A DNA stretch of 64,000 bases from Amoebidium appalachense. Its lineage: Eukaryota > Protista > Ichthyosporea. Of the stretch, positions 1 to 12,747 are shown piece after piece. The stretch covers positions 5,581,794 to 5,645,793 of the forward strand of contig CAVNZM010000010.1 of assembly GCA_963693365.1 (NCBI GenBank), in the 5' to 3' direction. The notes under the pieces were generated by a model. It was not told the DNA's origin. It worked only from the letters and a program-made list of their open reading frames with translations, and searched no databases. The stretch's first letter is position 1, and every line of letters begins with the position of its first letter. The translations under genes and the position numbers were made by a program.

Positions 1-9
1 ACACCACAG

Positions 10-446
10 GTGGTACTTCACGCACAAGCAGAAACAGGTGTTCGTACTGCAGAGGCAGGCAGCCGTGTGCATGCAGGCATGGTGGAGGGGCACTGTACAG
101 AGACACACGTACGTGCGTGTGTACATGGCGGTGCTGGGAGTGCAGGCATGTGCACGTGGGTGGATGGCAAGAAGGAGGTTGGGCCTGGAGATGCTGGCTG
201 CCACAATCATACAGAGGTGTGTGTGTGTGTGTGTGTGTTTTCTAGAGGAGGGGGGGAGGGGGAGGGGAGGGGCTGCTGGACAGACATAATTTGAATGATG
301 AAAGATACATTTACTATCACTAGTGTGTGAGGGGACGGCTTTGGAATCCCTCCCCCCCCCCCCCCCCCCCCCCCCCTGGAGTGGTGAGGAATGCATTATA
401 TACCCAGAAAGGCAACTTGATATGCTTGCAGTCCTTGGAGATAACT

Positions 447-484
<38 letters not shown>

Positions 485-840
485 TGCAGCCGCTACAAGG
501 GATACATGGATCGTCGGCGCTTCATGTACACCCGTTCCTGTGCTGTGCGCATTCAATCGTGGTGGCGCTGCCAGCGTGCCGCAAGGACATATTCTACACA
601 GCGCACTGCTGTTGTGCGCATGCAGGCGCTGTGCAGAGGGTATCTGGTCAGGCGGGATATGGCTGTTAGGCACATGGCTGCGACAATTATTCAGAGGTAA
701 GACTATTAATCCCCCCCCCCCCCCCCCCCCCCTCCCTCCCTTCCCTCCCATTCACAGAAAAGAAACGAAAAATGCCAAGGGGAAGGAAGGAAAAAATCCA
801 CCCACCCACCCAACATCATTCATTCGGACGCACGCCAACG

Positions 841-894
<54 letters not shown>

Positions 895-1014
895 AACATC
901 ATGAACTTCTTTTTTCTCTCCATTTTGAGCCCGCAGACGCAAGAAAAAGAGAAACACCTTACAAACTCTCATCCCCACATACACCCCTCAGACTCACCAT
1001 TGCTTGCAGGCAGT

Positions 1015-1063
<49 letters not shown>

Positions 1064-1179
1064 ACCCCACCCACCCAACTCCCCACTCCCCCTCCCACTG
1101 ACACAAACAATCACACACTCACACTCATGCTCGACAAAAACCATCCACGGAGGTGGCATGTGGGGCCACACCACGTGGC

Positions 1180-1226
<47 letters not shown>

Positions 1227-1652
1227 ACGCACACGCACACGCACACGCAGCCGTATTCGAGGCCACCAGCGGCGCCAGGCCTATCTCCACACCCTCTCTG
1301 CCGTCATCACCATCCAGGCCCATGCTCGGGCAGCTATCCAGCGGAGGGCATTCTGCCGCCTAAGAACCGGGGTGTTGTGTCTCCAGGGCAGATTCCGTCT
1401 ACGCCTTCAGTAACCCCCCTCCCCCTCCTTGCCCCACCACCACCACCACCACCACCACATACACACACAGACCGGGGGGGGGAAGGGGAGGGGGGGGGGG
1501 GGAGGGGGGCATACGCACAAATGAAACCACCCACGCACGCTTCCCCCCCCGGCCCAAAGGTATTAATGATAATGCTACTCAACCTCACACTTAATCTCAC
1601 ACTCACACACGAAAATAATTTATTCAATGACTCACTCACGCACCCACACTCA

Positions 1653-1704
<52 letters not shown>

Positions 1705-2233
1705 CAAGCAGCAGACGTCTGCCGCACACATGCATGCCCGTCAGCAACATCATGCGGCTATCCGTATCCAGTCTGCATATAGAGGCTGGATGGCACGCCG
1801 CCAGGCAGATGCCCTCAGGTATCAAAACGCCATACGCCTGCACTGGCTCCTAGGTGGGTGTTCCTCCCCCCCCCCCTCCCCCCCCCCCCCCCCCCCAAAA
1901 AAAAAAAAAAAAAAAAAAAGAAGAAGAAGAAAAAGAAAAAGAAAAAGAAAAACAAGAAGAAGAAGAAGAGATAACAACAACAATGATGATGATAATGATA
2001 ATAACAGAATGACATACGCATGCATCACACACAAACACAGGCACGCGCGCGCACACACACACACACACATTCGTTACACTTCCCTTTCCCGATGACCTGT
2101 CCATTGAGTCACATCCTTTTCTATCGATTTGAGAAGCACAGGCATAACCGGTACCTGTGCCATCGACCTTTGTCTTCTACTATTAATTTATGCCCTCCCC
2201 CCCCCCCCCCCCCCCCCCTTCCCCCTTCCCCCT

Positions 2234-2269
<36 letters not shown>

Positions 2270-2646
2270 CACACAGTTGGTGTGTGTGTAGTGCGTGCAG
2301 TGGTGCACGTGCAGAGGGAGTTTAGACGGAGGCAGGCGGTGGCCCGGTGGCAGCACAAGATTGCTGCTGTGGTTCTCATACAGACACATGTGAGGGGCTG
2401 GTTGGCTAGGAGGGAGGTGCAGATGCTAAGGTGAGTACTTAATCACTGCTCTAGCATATAATTACACATTATACGCACATGTGCACACACGTATATTCAT
2501 ATGTGCACATGCACGGGCACACATACACATGCACACACACAGACACAGACAAGCCCACACGCCGTCCATCCAATATCCTGCCCGTTTTGGCTTCTATTTA
2601 TCCAGGCCCTGTACACATCGCGCGCGCTCACACATACACACCCATA

Positions 2647-2706
<60 letters not shown>

Positions 2707-2845
2707 CTTCAAACCATTCCTACCATGTTATCTTGCTACTACATAACATCACGAAACCCTGGAACTTAATTGATCAGCATCAATTCCCTTTTGCTTCTCG
2801 CTCTCAGGGCTGTGCGAACTGCTTGTGAGGTAGTTTTCTATTGTG

Positions 2846-2910
<65 letters not shown>

Positions 2911-3455
2911 CGCGTGCAGGTCTGCAGGTCTGCAGGTCTGCAGGTGGGTGTTTATTTCTTGGTTCTTTTGTGTGTTTTTTGGGAAGAAGAAGAGGGGGGG
3001 AGGGTTACAAGTTCCTTCATGATTTTGAATGAAGCTAATGCGGATTGCCCTGACCGGGTGTCTGTGTTCACAGGCAAATGCAGGCCGGGCAGCATGCTGC
3101 AGCCGTCACCATACAGACGGGAGTCCGTGGTTTTCTGGCAAGGAGGTACGTTGCACAAAGATAGATACCTTATATTTATAAATAGCCCTTCACCTGCACC
3201 ATACATACACAGAAAAAGAGAGGACGGGAGGGCTGGGGGGGAAGAGAGAGCGTGCGATCTGATCGACAACACATAGAGGAGGTGGGGGGGGGGGGGGGGG
3301 GGGGGGAGGGGTTGAAGGAAGGGAGAGAAAAGACGAGTTTTGAGTGACAATAGCTGAAATCCTGTTACAGCATTCTGTCCTGTCTGCTCCGAGCCACAAA
3401 TAGTAAGTACAGTTTGCACACAAAGAAAGGAGGAGGTATTGCAACAATTTGGGAT

Positions 3456-3496
<41 letters not shown>

Positions 3497-3644
3497 GGGC
3501 CAAAGATTGATTCATGAACATTTGACCGGTGGCTTCAACTGCTTCCCCTCCCCTAAGGCACGTTTATCTGCCTTCCACCATTGGGTAGAAGTAGGGGGGT
3601 TTTTTTGTGAGCGGGAAAAACGGGGCGGGGGGGGGGAGGCACCC

Positions 3645-3726
<82 letters not shown>

Positions 3727-5348
3727 ATGCACGCACGCTCAGAGATTGAAAAGATAGTCCTTTAAGCCAGGTATATGTTGACGTTGTGGATTTTTGGTCA
3801 CTTCAGGGAGGCAGCCAGGCGCCGTGCAGCCATTTTGTTCTTGCAGGCTTACTGGAGAGGCCATGCGGTCAGGAGGACACAGGGCCCTAAGTTGGTTGCT
3901 ATCAGAGTCAGGGCACAGGTGCGTGTGGGTAGGTTGGGAGGGGGGTGTAGAGGCGCCGGGGGAAGGGGAGGTGGGGGGTGGGGGGGATGGGTGGGCAGGT
4001 GAGAGAATGGAAGGGGGTGGGGGGGGGGGGGGGGGGGGGAGCGCGTGGGTGTGTGGGGAGGGGGGGAAGTGTGTTGTAGTGGTGTTTTGTGTGCTGTTTG
4101 GTTTCATGAGACTTGTGTTATTCGTCCCGCTCTTGGCATTGTTCTGTATTCTGATGTGTCGGCTCGTTCGTTTTTGGTTTCTGTTTCTCCTTCTGTTTGT
4201 ATGTGTATGCATCTGGCTGGAAGAAATTGCTTTCCCTATTTTCACCGATGCATGATGACTTGCGCCCTGGCTAGAACATGTGTTCTTCTAACGCAGTCGC
4301 CCCCCTCCCCTCTCCCCCACCCACCCACCCCACCTTTCCCATCTTCCTGCAACACACACACACACACACACATACACACATCAGGCGGCCAACCGTGAGG
4401 CGATCAAGAACCCAGGGCTGCGCCTTGGTGCACGTGGGGAGAGGGCGCTAGCGCTGCTTCTGTCTGCAAAGATGATGTCTACAGTGCTGGATGCGGCTGA
4501 AAACCTCGGTAATGGGGAACACTTATAGCTTAATGTTCAGAGAAAGATTGGGGGGAAAAAAAGAAGTTAAAGCTTAATATTCAGAGAAAGATTGGGGGGG
4601 AAAAAAAAAAGAAGACGAAAAAAAATTGAGGAAGAAGCAAACGACCACACAAAAACTTACTTCTTTTCTCTCTCCCACAGTTCTGGATGCGGCTGAAGAC
4701 CTCGGTAGGGTTGCGCTAAAGGCTTTATACTCGGAGTAGGAAAGAGAGAAAAGATTTACATAGGGAAGAAGACGGAAGCATAAATGACGACACATCTCTA
4801 ATCTCTTCCCCCCCCCCCCCCCCCCTCCCCCCCCCTCCCGGGGATGTATAGAATTGTGCCCATCCTGGCCACATGCATAGGGTTACAGCTTTAGAAAGCG
4901 GCCAAACCCGGTCTCTTCCTTTTTCTTTCTTCTTCTTCTTCTTCTTCTTCTTCTTCTTTTATTTTTTATTTTTTTTTGTCCCTGTTTGTCTGCATAGCAT
5001 TTCAAAGCAACTGACACTGCTGCCCTGAGCAGACACCATCACGCGGCTGTCACGGCTATGTTGTGAGCGCATGGTCGGGAGCGGTGGTGTGCCCGTACTG
5101 TTCAAGTTCATGAAGACGTGCAATAGGAGCAAGGTAGAATTAGACCCCTATACTTTGTCGCCGACAAGCTCACAGACACGATAAAACACAAACTCAATTG
5201 GAACACGGGGACTTGTATATCTGTGATATGGGGCTTATGATGGAAAGAGTGGGGTTTTGGGAGGGGAGAGGGGAAGGAACCACGGTCAGACATTGTATGT
5301 GATTTTGTAACTACAGGTGTAATTATCATAGTGTACGGACATGTCTAT

Positions 5349-5389
<41 letters not shown>

Positions 5390-6313
5390 CATTACCCCAG
5401 CGCACTGTTTCTCACCTCCATATACCACAGCCCCACCAGGCTGTGCTGCATCATGCCGTCAACATTCTTGTCAGTCTGACTTCCCATGACACTACAGGTA
5501 CCCCCCCCCCCCAAAAAAAAAAAAAAAAAAAAAACACTCTCACACACACGCGCGCGCGCGCATCACCTCCAAACAAAGATGGAAGAGAAACGAAGCGAGT
5601 GGGCACACACGCCATGAGCAGGCAACTTTATTTTGTTGTCAGTGACCCAGTTTGTCTTTCGTTCTTTCTTTGGTTGGTTTTTTTGGGGGGGGGGGTAGGG
5701 GGGGAGGGGGGTTCTTTGGCTTTTGGCATTTTTGGCACAGTTACCAATCACACATTGTTAGATATTAAAGGGGGGTTTTTTGGGCCGATTTAGCCCTTTC
5801 GGGTCAGGTCAAAACGCTGTTTGATGCACACTTGACACAGAGCGTAAATCGCTTACGGGTCTGACCAGACCCGTGTCCTTCAAAGAAACCCCTTTAACTC
5901 CTTTTTCGTTGTGTATGCACACAGTGGATGAGGTGTATCGCCAGGCCGATGCTGTGACGGTGCTGGTGGACATTCTTCAGAACTTTCGAGACGTCGACCC
6001 ACTGCTCCTTGGTGCCACCACCACCCTCATCAACATGTGCTCCTCACCAGACCGCGTCAAAGTACCATCCCCCCCCCCCCCCCCCCCCCCCTCTTTCCCA
6101 CACAACACACACACACACACACACCACACACACACACACACCACCACCACCACCACCACCACCACCACCACCACCACCACCACCACCACAGGCGCTCATA
6201 GGCACATGCACACGAACTATTCGTCTGCTTGCTTCGTGCTCTCTTTCGCTGAACAGTGGGAGAACAAGACAGATGAACCAAACCACGCTACGGCCCTAGG
6301 TGAAAGCTGCGGA

Positions 6314-6354
<41 letters not shown>

Positions 6355-6610
6355 TTCACATACACCCCCCACACACTCTCTCTCTCCCCCTGCCCCCCCC
6401 CCCCCCCACCCACCCATCCCACCCCCACCCCTCCCCCGGCCGGCCCTCCCTCACACACCGACACTTTGCCTTTGCCTTGGGTTTTGCAATCACCATTGCT
6501 ATTCCCTTGACGATTCGCTAGTCCAAATTTGATCATGTACGGTCACGAATACACTATGTAGCACGTCGCGGTGAACGTCTTTGGTAATACGAGGCTGAAC
6601 CATTCCCCCC

Positions 6611-6641
<31 letters not shown>

Positions 6642-6829
6642 ACACACAGGGTATCCTGTCCAAGGCCCAAGACGTGCAGAGAATCAAGGCCGTGTACAAC
6701 CTCATCAAGCGCAAACATGAGATGGCCATCAAGACGAAGATAGGCCCCGCAGGCAAGACTAAGCCTCAGATCCCTGCAAGCTTGAAACGGGTTCGGGACC
6801 TTCTTGTAGCTCTCAATATAACAGGGTGA
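10..6829 (+). CDS. ASPM: ASPM / abnormal spindle-like protein, 3' part (IQ repeats plus C-terminal ARM/HEAT-like region); 5' end outside the window
   Basis: Phase-consistent GT-AG exons 10-216, 490-696, 1251-1409, 1705-1853, 2277-2430, 3074-3145, 3807-3918, 4385-4508, 5033-5133, 5431-5497, 5925-6061, 6650-6829 (TGA 6827-6829). Many IQxxxRGxxxR motifs (IQSWWRCQRAAR, IQSAYRGWMARR, IQTHVRGWLARR). The segment ALALLLSAKMMSTVLDAAENLDTITRLSRLCCERMVGSGGVPVLFKFMKTCNRS resembles the ASPM C-terminal TRLSPLCCE...CNRS signature. Confidence 0.9.
4481..4710 (+). repeat. Local duplications in an ASPM intron: exon 3' end (4481-4511 copied at 4677-4707) and a ~40-bp AGCTTAAT.TTCAGAGAAAGATTGGGGGG unit (4528, 4572)
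   Basis: ACAGTGCTGGATGCGGCTGAAAACCTCGGTA versus ACAGTTCTGGATGCGGCTGAAGACCTCGGTA, two mismatches. Confidence 0.85.
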
Positions 6830-9143
6830 GAGGCGCAGTGAGCATTTAGCTTGCCCCGAGGTGAGAGGGGGGAAGTGAGGGGGCCGGGGCAGCAAATGAT
6901 TATGTACAGTTCCTATGGCTGTTTTGTATAGGGGGTTCTGGAATCCTTAAATTTAGAAGCCGGAATTTTTGATCTTAAAGTTTATTGTTAATTTGCATTT
7001 ATTATGCTCGAGCGAGCATACGGCCTTAGAGTTGCGTGTGCAGGGAGCGGGGGTAAAATATTCAATACATGATGTTAATAGCTCGTCTGTGTCTGTCGAC
7101 ACAGGAACCCGCTCACAAAGTGTTCGACCTAATACATAGAGTTATTTTCCCAAGGTTTTGTTTACTTGCTCTGGTCTGTTGGCTAGCAATAGCAGCTAGT
7201 TACCTTTTCCCTATTGCCGTCTGGGGGCCTACGGCACGCTTTCTGGACTCATGCACCCCACATTACTAGACTGCTTGTGTTGTGTGGTGGTGGCCTGTGT
7301 GTGTGTGCTTGGCTGGACAGTGAAAAGGTTTGAAAAATACAAATTAGAAGACAGGAATCGGGAATCGTTACACAGTCCTTTTATGCTATTTACACATGTA
7401 AGAAGTTGACTGGCCGCTAACAGACTAATAGCCCATGAATGGGCTTTGATCTCCAAAGCGTTTTCGACAGCTCCTGAAAAAGTGCGGTTGAACCGTTGAA
7501 GCCACGATGTCACGGCATAATGCATATATGTTGCGTCAGGCAGTATTGCCAGGATGTGGAGGGAGAGATGGTTCAAGGTATTCCGCCTAGCTAGTAGTTC
7601 ATTAAAGCGAGCAACTAAGATGTAAGCCAAGGCAAGCGTAGTTATGACAAGTGACAAAGGTCTACAACATGGGCTTACCCTGCTTTTCTAGCTGGAGAGA
7701 AGGGCATTCCTCGAGTCGAGTTCGAAGTATCATGCATGCATGTTGCGACTCGCGAGTCTTGTGGAAGCCTTTTGTTTGTTTACATAAAAAGGCTGGCATT
7801 CCTAGATCTCCCTAGGTGGAAAGGATCTGGTTTTTATTCAGTGGCTAATCAGAAGAGATAACATGCATCTAGATATACGAAGAAAGCGAATCATCATGCG
7901 CCGGGATTGAGCGATCGATCACTGGAGTACGTAACAGAGTAGGCTAATATAACACATGCATATAATGCTTTCGTGAACTCCTCAGATTCTAGGTTTATGA
8001 GACAAATAAGCACTCTACTGTAGGGCTTTGAGATTATATACAGAACTGCCTGAATGAAGCGGAGCTGAAGGATAGACACTATATTAGTGAGACACCTCTA
8101 TGGTGCACGCACGTTTATCATGATAGTTTTGTAAGATATCTCATAATTTTATCCAAGTTGACAAACTATGCAATCTATAGCTAACTTGTTGACCGTCGTC
8201 CTGATATCAGGGTTCGAACTCTACTTGGGAAGTCTGCTCCCACGGCCGGGGGCAGTACCCAGGCTGGGAGGCCGGGACTCTCGGCGCCCCTCCGGCCGCC
8301 GGGGCCAGGGGCCGCTCTACGTAGTGTACATGTGGCTGTAATAGTCATGGAATGCTATGCAGCGAAGAATACATCATACATAAAGTAATTGATATAAATG
8401 GAACTACAAGGATGATTTTGTAATGTAACAGGCCAACATTACTTCCCGACGTTCAGATCCAGCAAAGGAGTAAATTAGTGGCTCAGCCCGGCTGCATGCA
8501 TGCGCATGAGAGAACTTCCTGAAAGCACTCTACATAGTGCTACGGGAACCTTGGGCCAAACCCACAAGACTTATTTGCCACCCCGATCCTGGGTGAATTC
8601 TATTGGCTGCTCTCTTTAGCCATCAAATAACTTAGCCAATCAATCACAGCTTCGTGCACATCATTTAGGACAGTGTACAGTGTACTCGCTGCCAAACTAA
8701 TTGGCCTAAATCCTGGGTTTTTCATGTTCATGGCGCTAACATTATCTGCATGTACACCTATTTCAGGTGGATATGAAAGTTCCTAGTTGTATTCAAATAT
8801 TTATCCCCTTTCTAGAGAGTCTAGTAGAGACAAAGGTTTGTTAGGAATGCGTAACGTTAGCCCAACGGACAAATCACGTCTTGAATCGAGGGATAAAAAA
8901 ATTGGCGAATATTTGCCCGCTGAGGTTAAATCTCGTTGCTTGTGCTTTCTTAGCCTCACTCGTGCCTTGCGCATGCGATGGTTGGGTTGTGTGTGCTTTG
9001 TTCCTCTCTTCTAAACCCTTCGAGTATTCACTACAGTTGCTAACCTCAGGAGAACTCATGACACACACGCGCGCGAGTAACCGGCACAAGCCTTAGCCTC
9101 CCTGAAGCAGTGCTAGATAGATCTACACAGAACAATCGCCAAC

Positions 9144-10130
9144 ATGAACAACAATTCTAACGTCGACGTGGCGGTCGATAATCCCGACACCATGGCCAAG
9201 AAGGCAGATGAAGACACCTATGCCACCACCGTTGGCTCTCACATTGACACAGAAGCACAGAGCAGCCCAGCCTCGGGCGCAGACACACGCGACCATAGAC
9301 AACCCTTCGAGTTTTCGCGCGGGGGGGCGTTTGGTATAGGGCTCGTTTACACGCTTCATCCCATCAACCTTCTTATCATGTTGGGTCTGGCTGCGATTAC
9401 TTTTGCGGCCCACTTCTGTTTCCTGCAGTGGGGTGTGAAGCCGCTGAGAACTCAGACGGAGCTGAGCGATAACAGTGACGCGGTTGTTCAGTGGGTCATC
9501 TACGCCATCGATCTTGGGATTACTCTCGTGTTTTCTCCCATCGCGATCCTTCTGATCATCCGCAAGACTTACTCTTCCATGAGCCGCCGCAAGAACCTCC
9601 CCACTGCCGATGAAGACACAAAGGGGTGTGGTGGGTTCTTCAAGAGCCTCTTCTTCCTTTACATCTATATGTTCATGGCTTTTGTCGTTTACGTTGTGGG
9701 CTTTGCCCTTCTTATCATCCCCGGGATCCTTGCTGCGATTTACTTCTCGGCCGGTAACCAAGCTGTTGTCATTGACGGTGCCAATCCCTGCACGGCTTTC
9801 TCCAAGTCCGTCAAATACGTCAAGAACCAGTTCTGCGGCACGTTTTTGTACTACCTTGGCGTGTTCATTGTCGTTCTCATCCTTGTGCTGCCCTTCCCCA
9901 TCGTCATGGGTTTCTACGTTCCATCTGGCCAGACCCAGACATGCGAAGTGCTCATGCAGAACTACAAAAACTACACGGATTCTATCAAGGATAATCACTA
10001 TCCTGCCTGCTGGGGTATGCTAGCAGCACAGGGTGTGCTTGTTGCTCTGAGCACCATTTATGGCACTGTTGCTGCAACCACACACTTCTGCTACCTTAAG
10101 GCTTACAGCATCCGTAACCGCCTCTATTAA
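9144..10130 (+). CDS. Intronless 328-aa multi-pass membrane protein, resembling the bacterial YciC/DUF975/GDPD-membrane-domain group
   Basis: Clean ORF with C/G-ending codon bias and a CCAACATG start context. About 5-6 hydrophobic segments. Motif GFALLIIPGILAAIYFS..QAVVIDGANPCTAFSKSVKYVKNQF matches the LLIIPGI...A..S..L.K pattern typical of that group. The CDS is confident; the family call is an inference. Confidence 0.8.
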   Translation: MNNNSNVDVAVDNPDTMAKKADEDTYATTVGSHIDTEAQSSPASGADTRDHRQPFEFSRGGAFGIGLVYTLHPINLLIMLGLAAITFAAHFCFLQWGVKPLRTQTELSDNSDAVVQWVIYAIDLGITLVFSPIAILLIIRKTYSSMSRRKNLPTADEDTKGCGGFFKSLFFLYIYMFMAFVVYVVGFALLIIPGILAAIYFSAGNQAVVIDGANPCTAFSKSVKYVKNQFCGTFLYYLGVFIVVLILVLPFPIVMGFYVPSGQTQTCEVLMQNYKNYTDSIKDNHYPACWGMLAAQGVLVALSTIYGTVAATTHFCYLKAYSIRNRLY

Positions 10131-11701
10131 CCCTTTGGTGGAGGGAGGATTTATGTGGTGAAAGAACGGGAAAGTAGGGAAATTTTGTTTAAGGTGGGGT
10201 TGTTGTGGGTGATGCAAGCTAGGTTACTTCCGTAAACCCCCCTCTACTAACTGGTGTGGAGGAGTTTTTTTTAAAAAACGGGAAACTTAAGAAATCACAC
10301 TACAGTGAAACGGGTTCTTTTGGGGCAATATAAGGCTGTTTTGCAGTAGTGGTGCCTTGAGAAGATGCAGAATACATATGCACTACTGGACGTAGTGGAC
10401 ACACGAGAAAAAGACTGGTCATAGGAAGTAGGTGTGTCTTTTGTGTTAGTTGTGTTAAATGCCGCATTGGAACTGAAGCAGGCGGTTAGTCACGACAAAT
10501 TTTGAATTCATGGGCTAGGTCTGCTGTCGGGTTACAAAACAGGGTACGACAAACAAGCCGATATGTAGTTTTTTTAATCAGGCTGGTTGTTTACGTATAC
10601 AGCTACGCATCTTACTGCGAAATAAACACTACCAAAACTAATTGGCCTAAGTAGTGTACGACAATTCGCAGCTGGGAAGGGGTGCTTCAAATGTGCCCTC
10701 GGGGAGCTCCCCCCCACCAGGGGAAGACCCCAAGCTGGTGTGGGGTCACTAGCTAAGGACTCGAGTTCGGCCGAGAAAGTCTTTGTATAGGACCGGGGCT
10801 GGATGGTGTCACAGGCCCGGTGTGTGCAAGCTAATAAGGCACATCAAGCTATGCCAGCACCAGGTCTGAGAACTTGTGATGTTTGCGAGATTCACGCTGC
10901 ATGTAAAGCATTATGTGTCAGAATTAGCTTGCGCTCTGGTGACCTGCACACCATGGCACCATCTATGTCTCGGTGAGCCCGTGGACGTTCATATGTATGG
11001 GGGCGAATGGAGAGCTTCGGTTAGGTCCCGATTCTAGTGCACGTGCCGCCTACTATCATATTGACTGTAACTGAATTGGAGAGGAGGGGGGCCCGGGGAG
11101 GTTAAGGCGGTTACGGGTGGAGGAGAGGAAACCCGCAACCTGACCTGCCAGGTGGGTTCTCCCCCCTCCCCCTCTCCCCCCCCCCCTCGTGCACTCTTTC
11201 CCCCTTCGCCGGGGGGGGGGGGGGGGGGGAGGGGACTGGCCACCGGCGCTTCGCACGAGCGACATTTTCTGGGCTGCACAGTTAGCCCTCTGTCATCGAA
11301 TGCTTGCTGCTTCACCATCTTGCCTGGCCTGGCGGCTTTGATGACACAGGCACCGTGCACACAAGTGACTCTGCAACCCGAGCACCATGGGTAACATGCA
11401 CACCACCTTTACGTGACAAACACATTTACATGGGTAAATGCTAACGCACACACTCGCACAACGTGACACCCAGGCTAACAGCAGACACATACACTATTAA
11501 ACAGTGACACACATGCTTGCACGTGCGTGCCTCACATACTCACGCACATACACACAAGTCTACACTCCGTATAAAGCTCACCCATATACACACACAGAGA
11601 AACACCGATAGCGGCTTGCCAAGCATTTATCATACACAACCGCACACATATACAGTGGGGCACACATGAGCGCACCACCAGGGACGTAAGAGTAACAAAG
11701 A

Positions 11702-12314
<613 letters not shown>

Positions 12315-12506
12315 ACAAACAAAACTGACATAGTCCGCGCCATAATTTCAAGGGGTACGGAACAAAAGTAAGAAGTAGATGGATGAGTTGGGAGAGGGAG
12401 ATGTGAGTGGAGATGGTCCCCCGAAGAAGGGGGGGGGGGGGGGGGGGTATGTGTGTATGTGTTTTTTTTTTTTTTTTTTTTTTGGGGGGGGGGGGGGGAG
12501 GGGGGG

Positions 12507-12540
<34 letters not shown>

Positions 12541-12717
12541 TCAACTGCAAGTAGCATCTGCTCGATTCCAAACTGTATTGAATGGGTGCACGTGACTGTC
12601 ATGTTGGCCCTCTGTGATGGTGTACTTATTATCTTTTGCTTTATGGTCATGTTTGTTACTGTTGGCACCCTCCCGCGGCCCGGGGGCACCGTTTGCGGCT
12701 TTTGCTCAAGGGTCACA

Positions 12718-12747
12718 TTTTGGCGCCAAAACCACTAGCGGGCCAAT
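12718..12747. promoter_or_regulatory. Palindromic E2F-type site TTTTGGCGCCAAAA with adjacent CCAAT box
   Basis: Perfect 14-bp palindrome at 12718-12731 matching TTTSSCGC on both strands; CCAAT at 12743-12747; about 1.1 kb upstream of the sacsin-like ATG. Confidence 0.45.

Noticed and set aside
8205-8230. GGTTCGAAC resembling a tRNA T-loop or transposon terminus (also TTCGAATCC near 28993)
   Set aside because: No cloverleaf pairing and no matching inverted terminus found.
9123-9998. 291-aa antisense ORF
   Set aside because: Shadow of the codon-biased plus-strand gene; no recognisable features.
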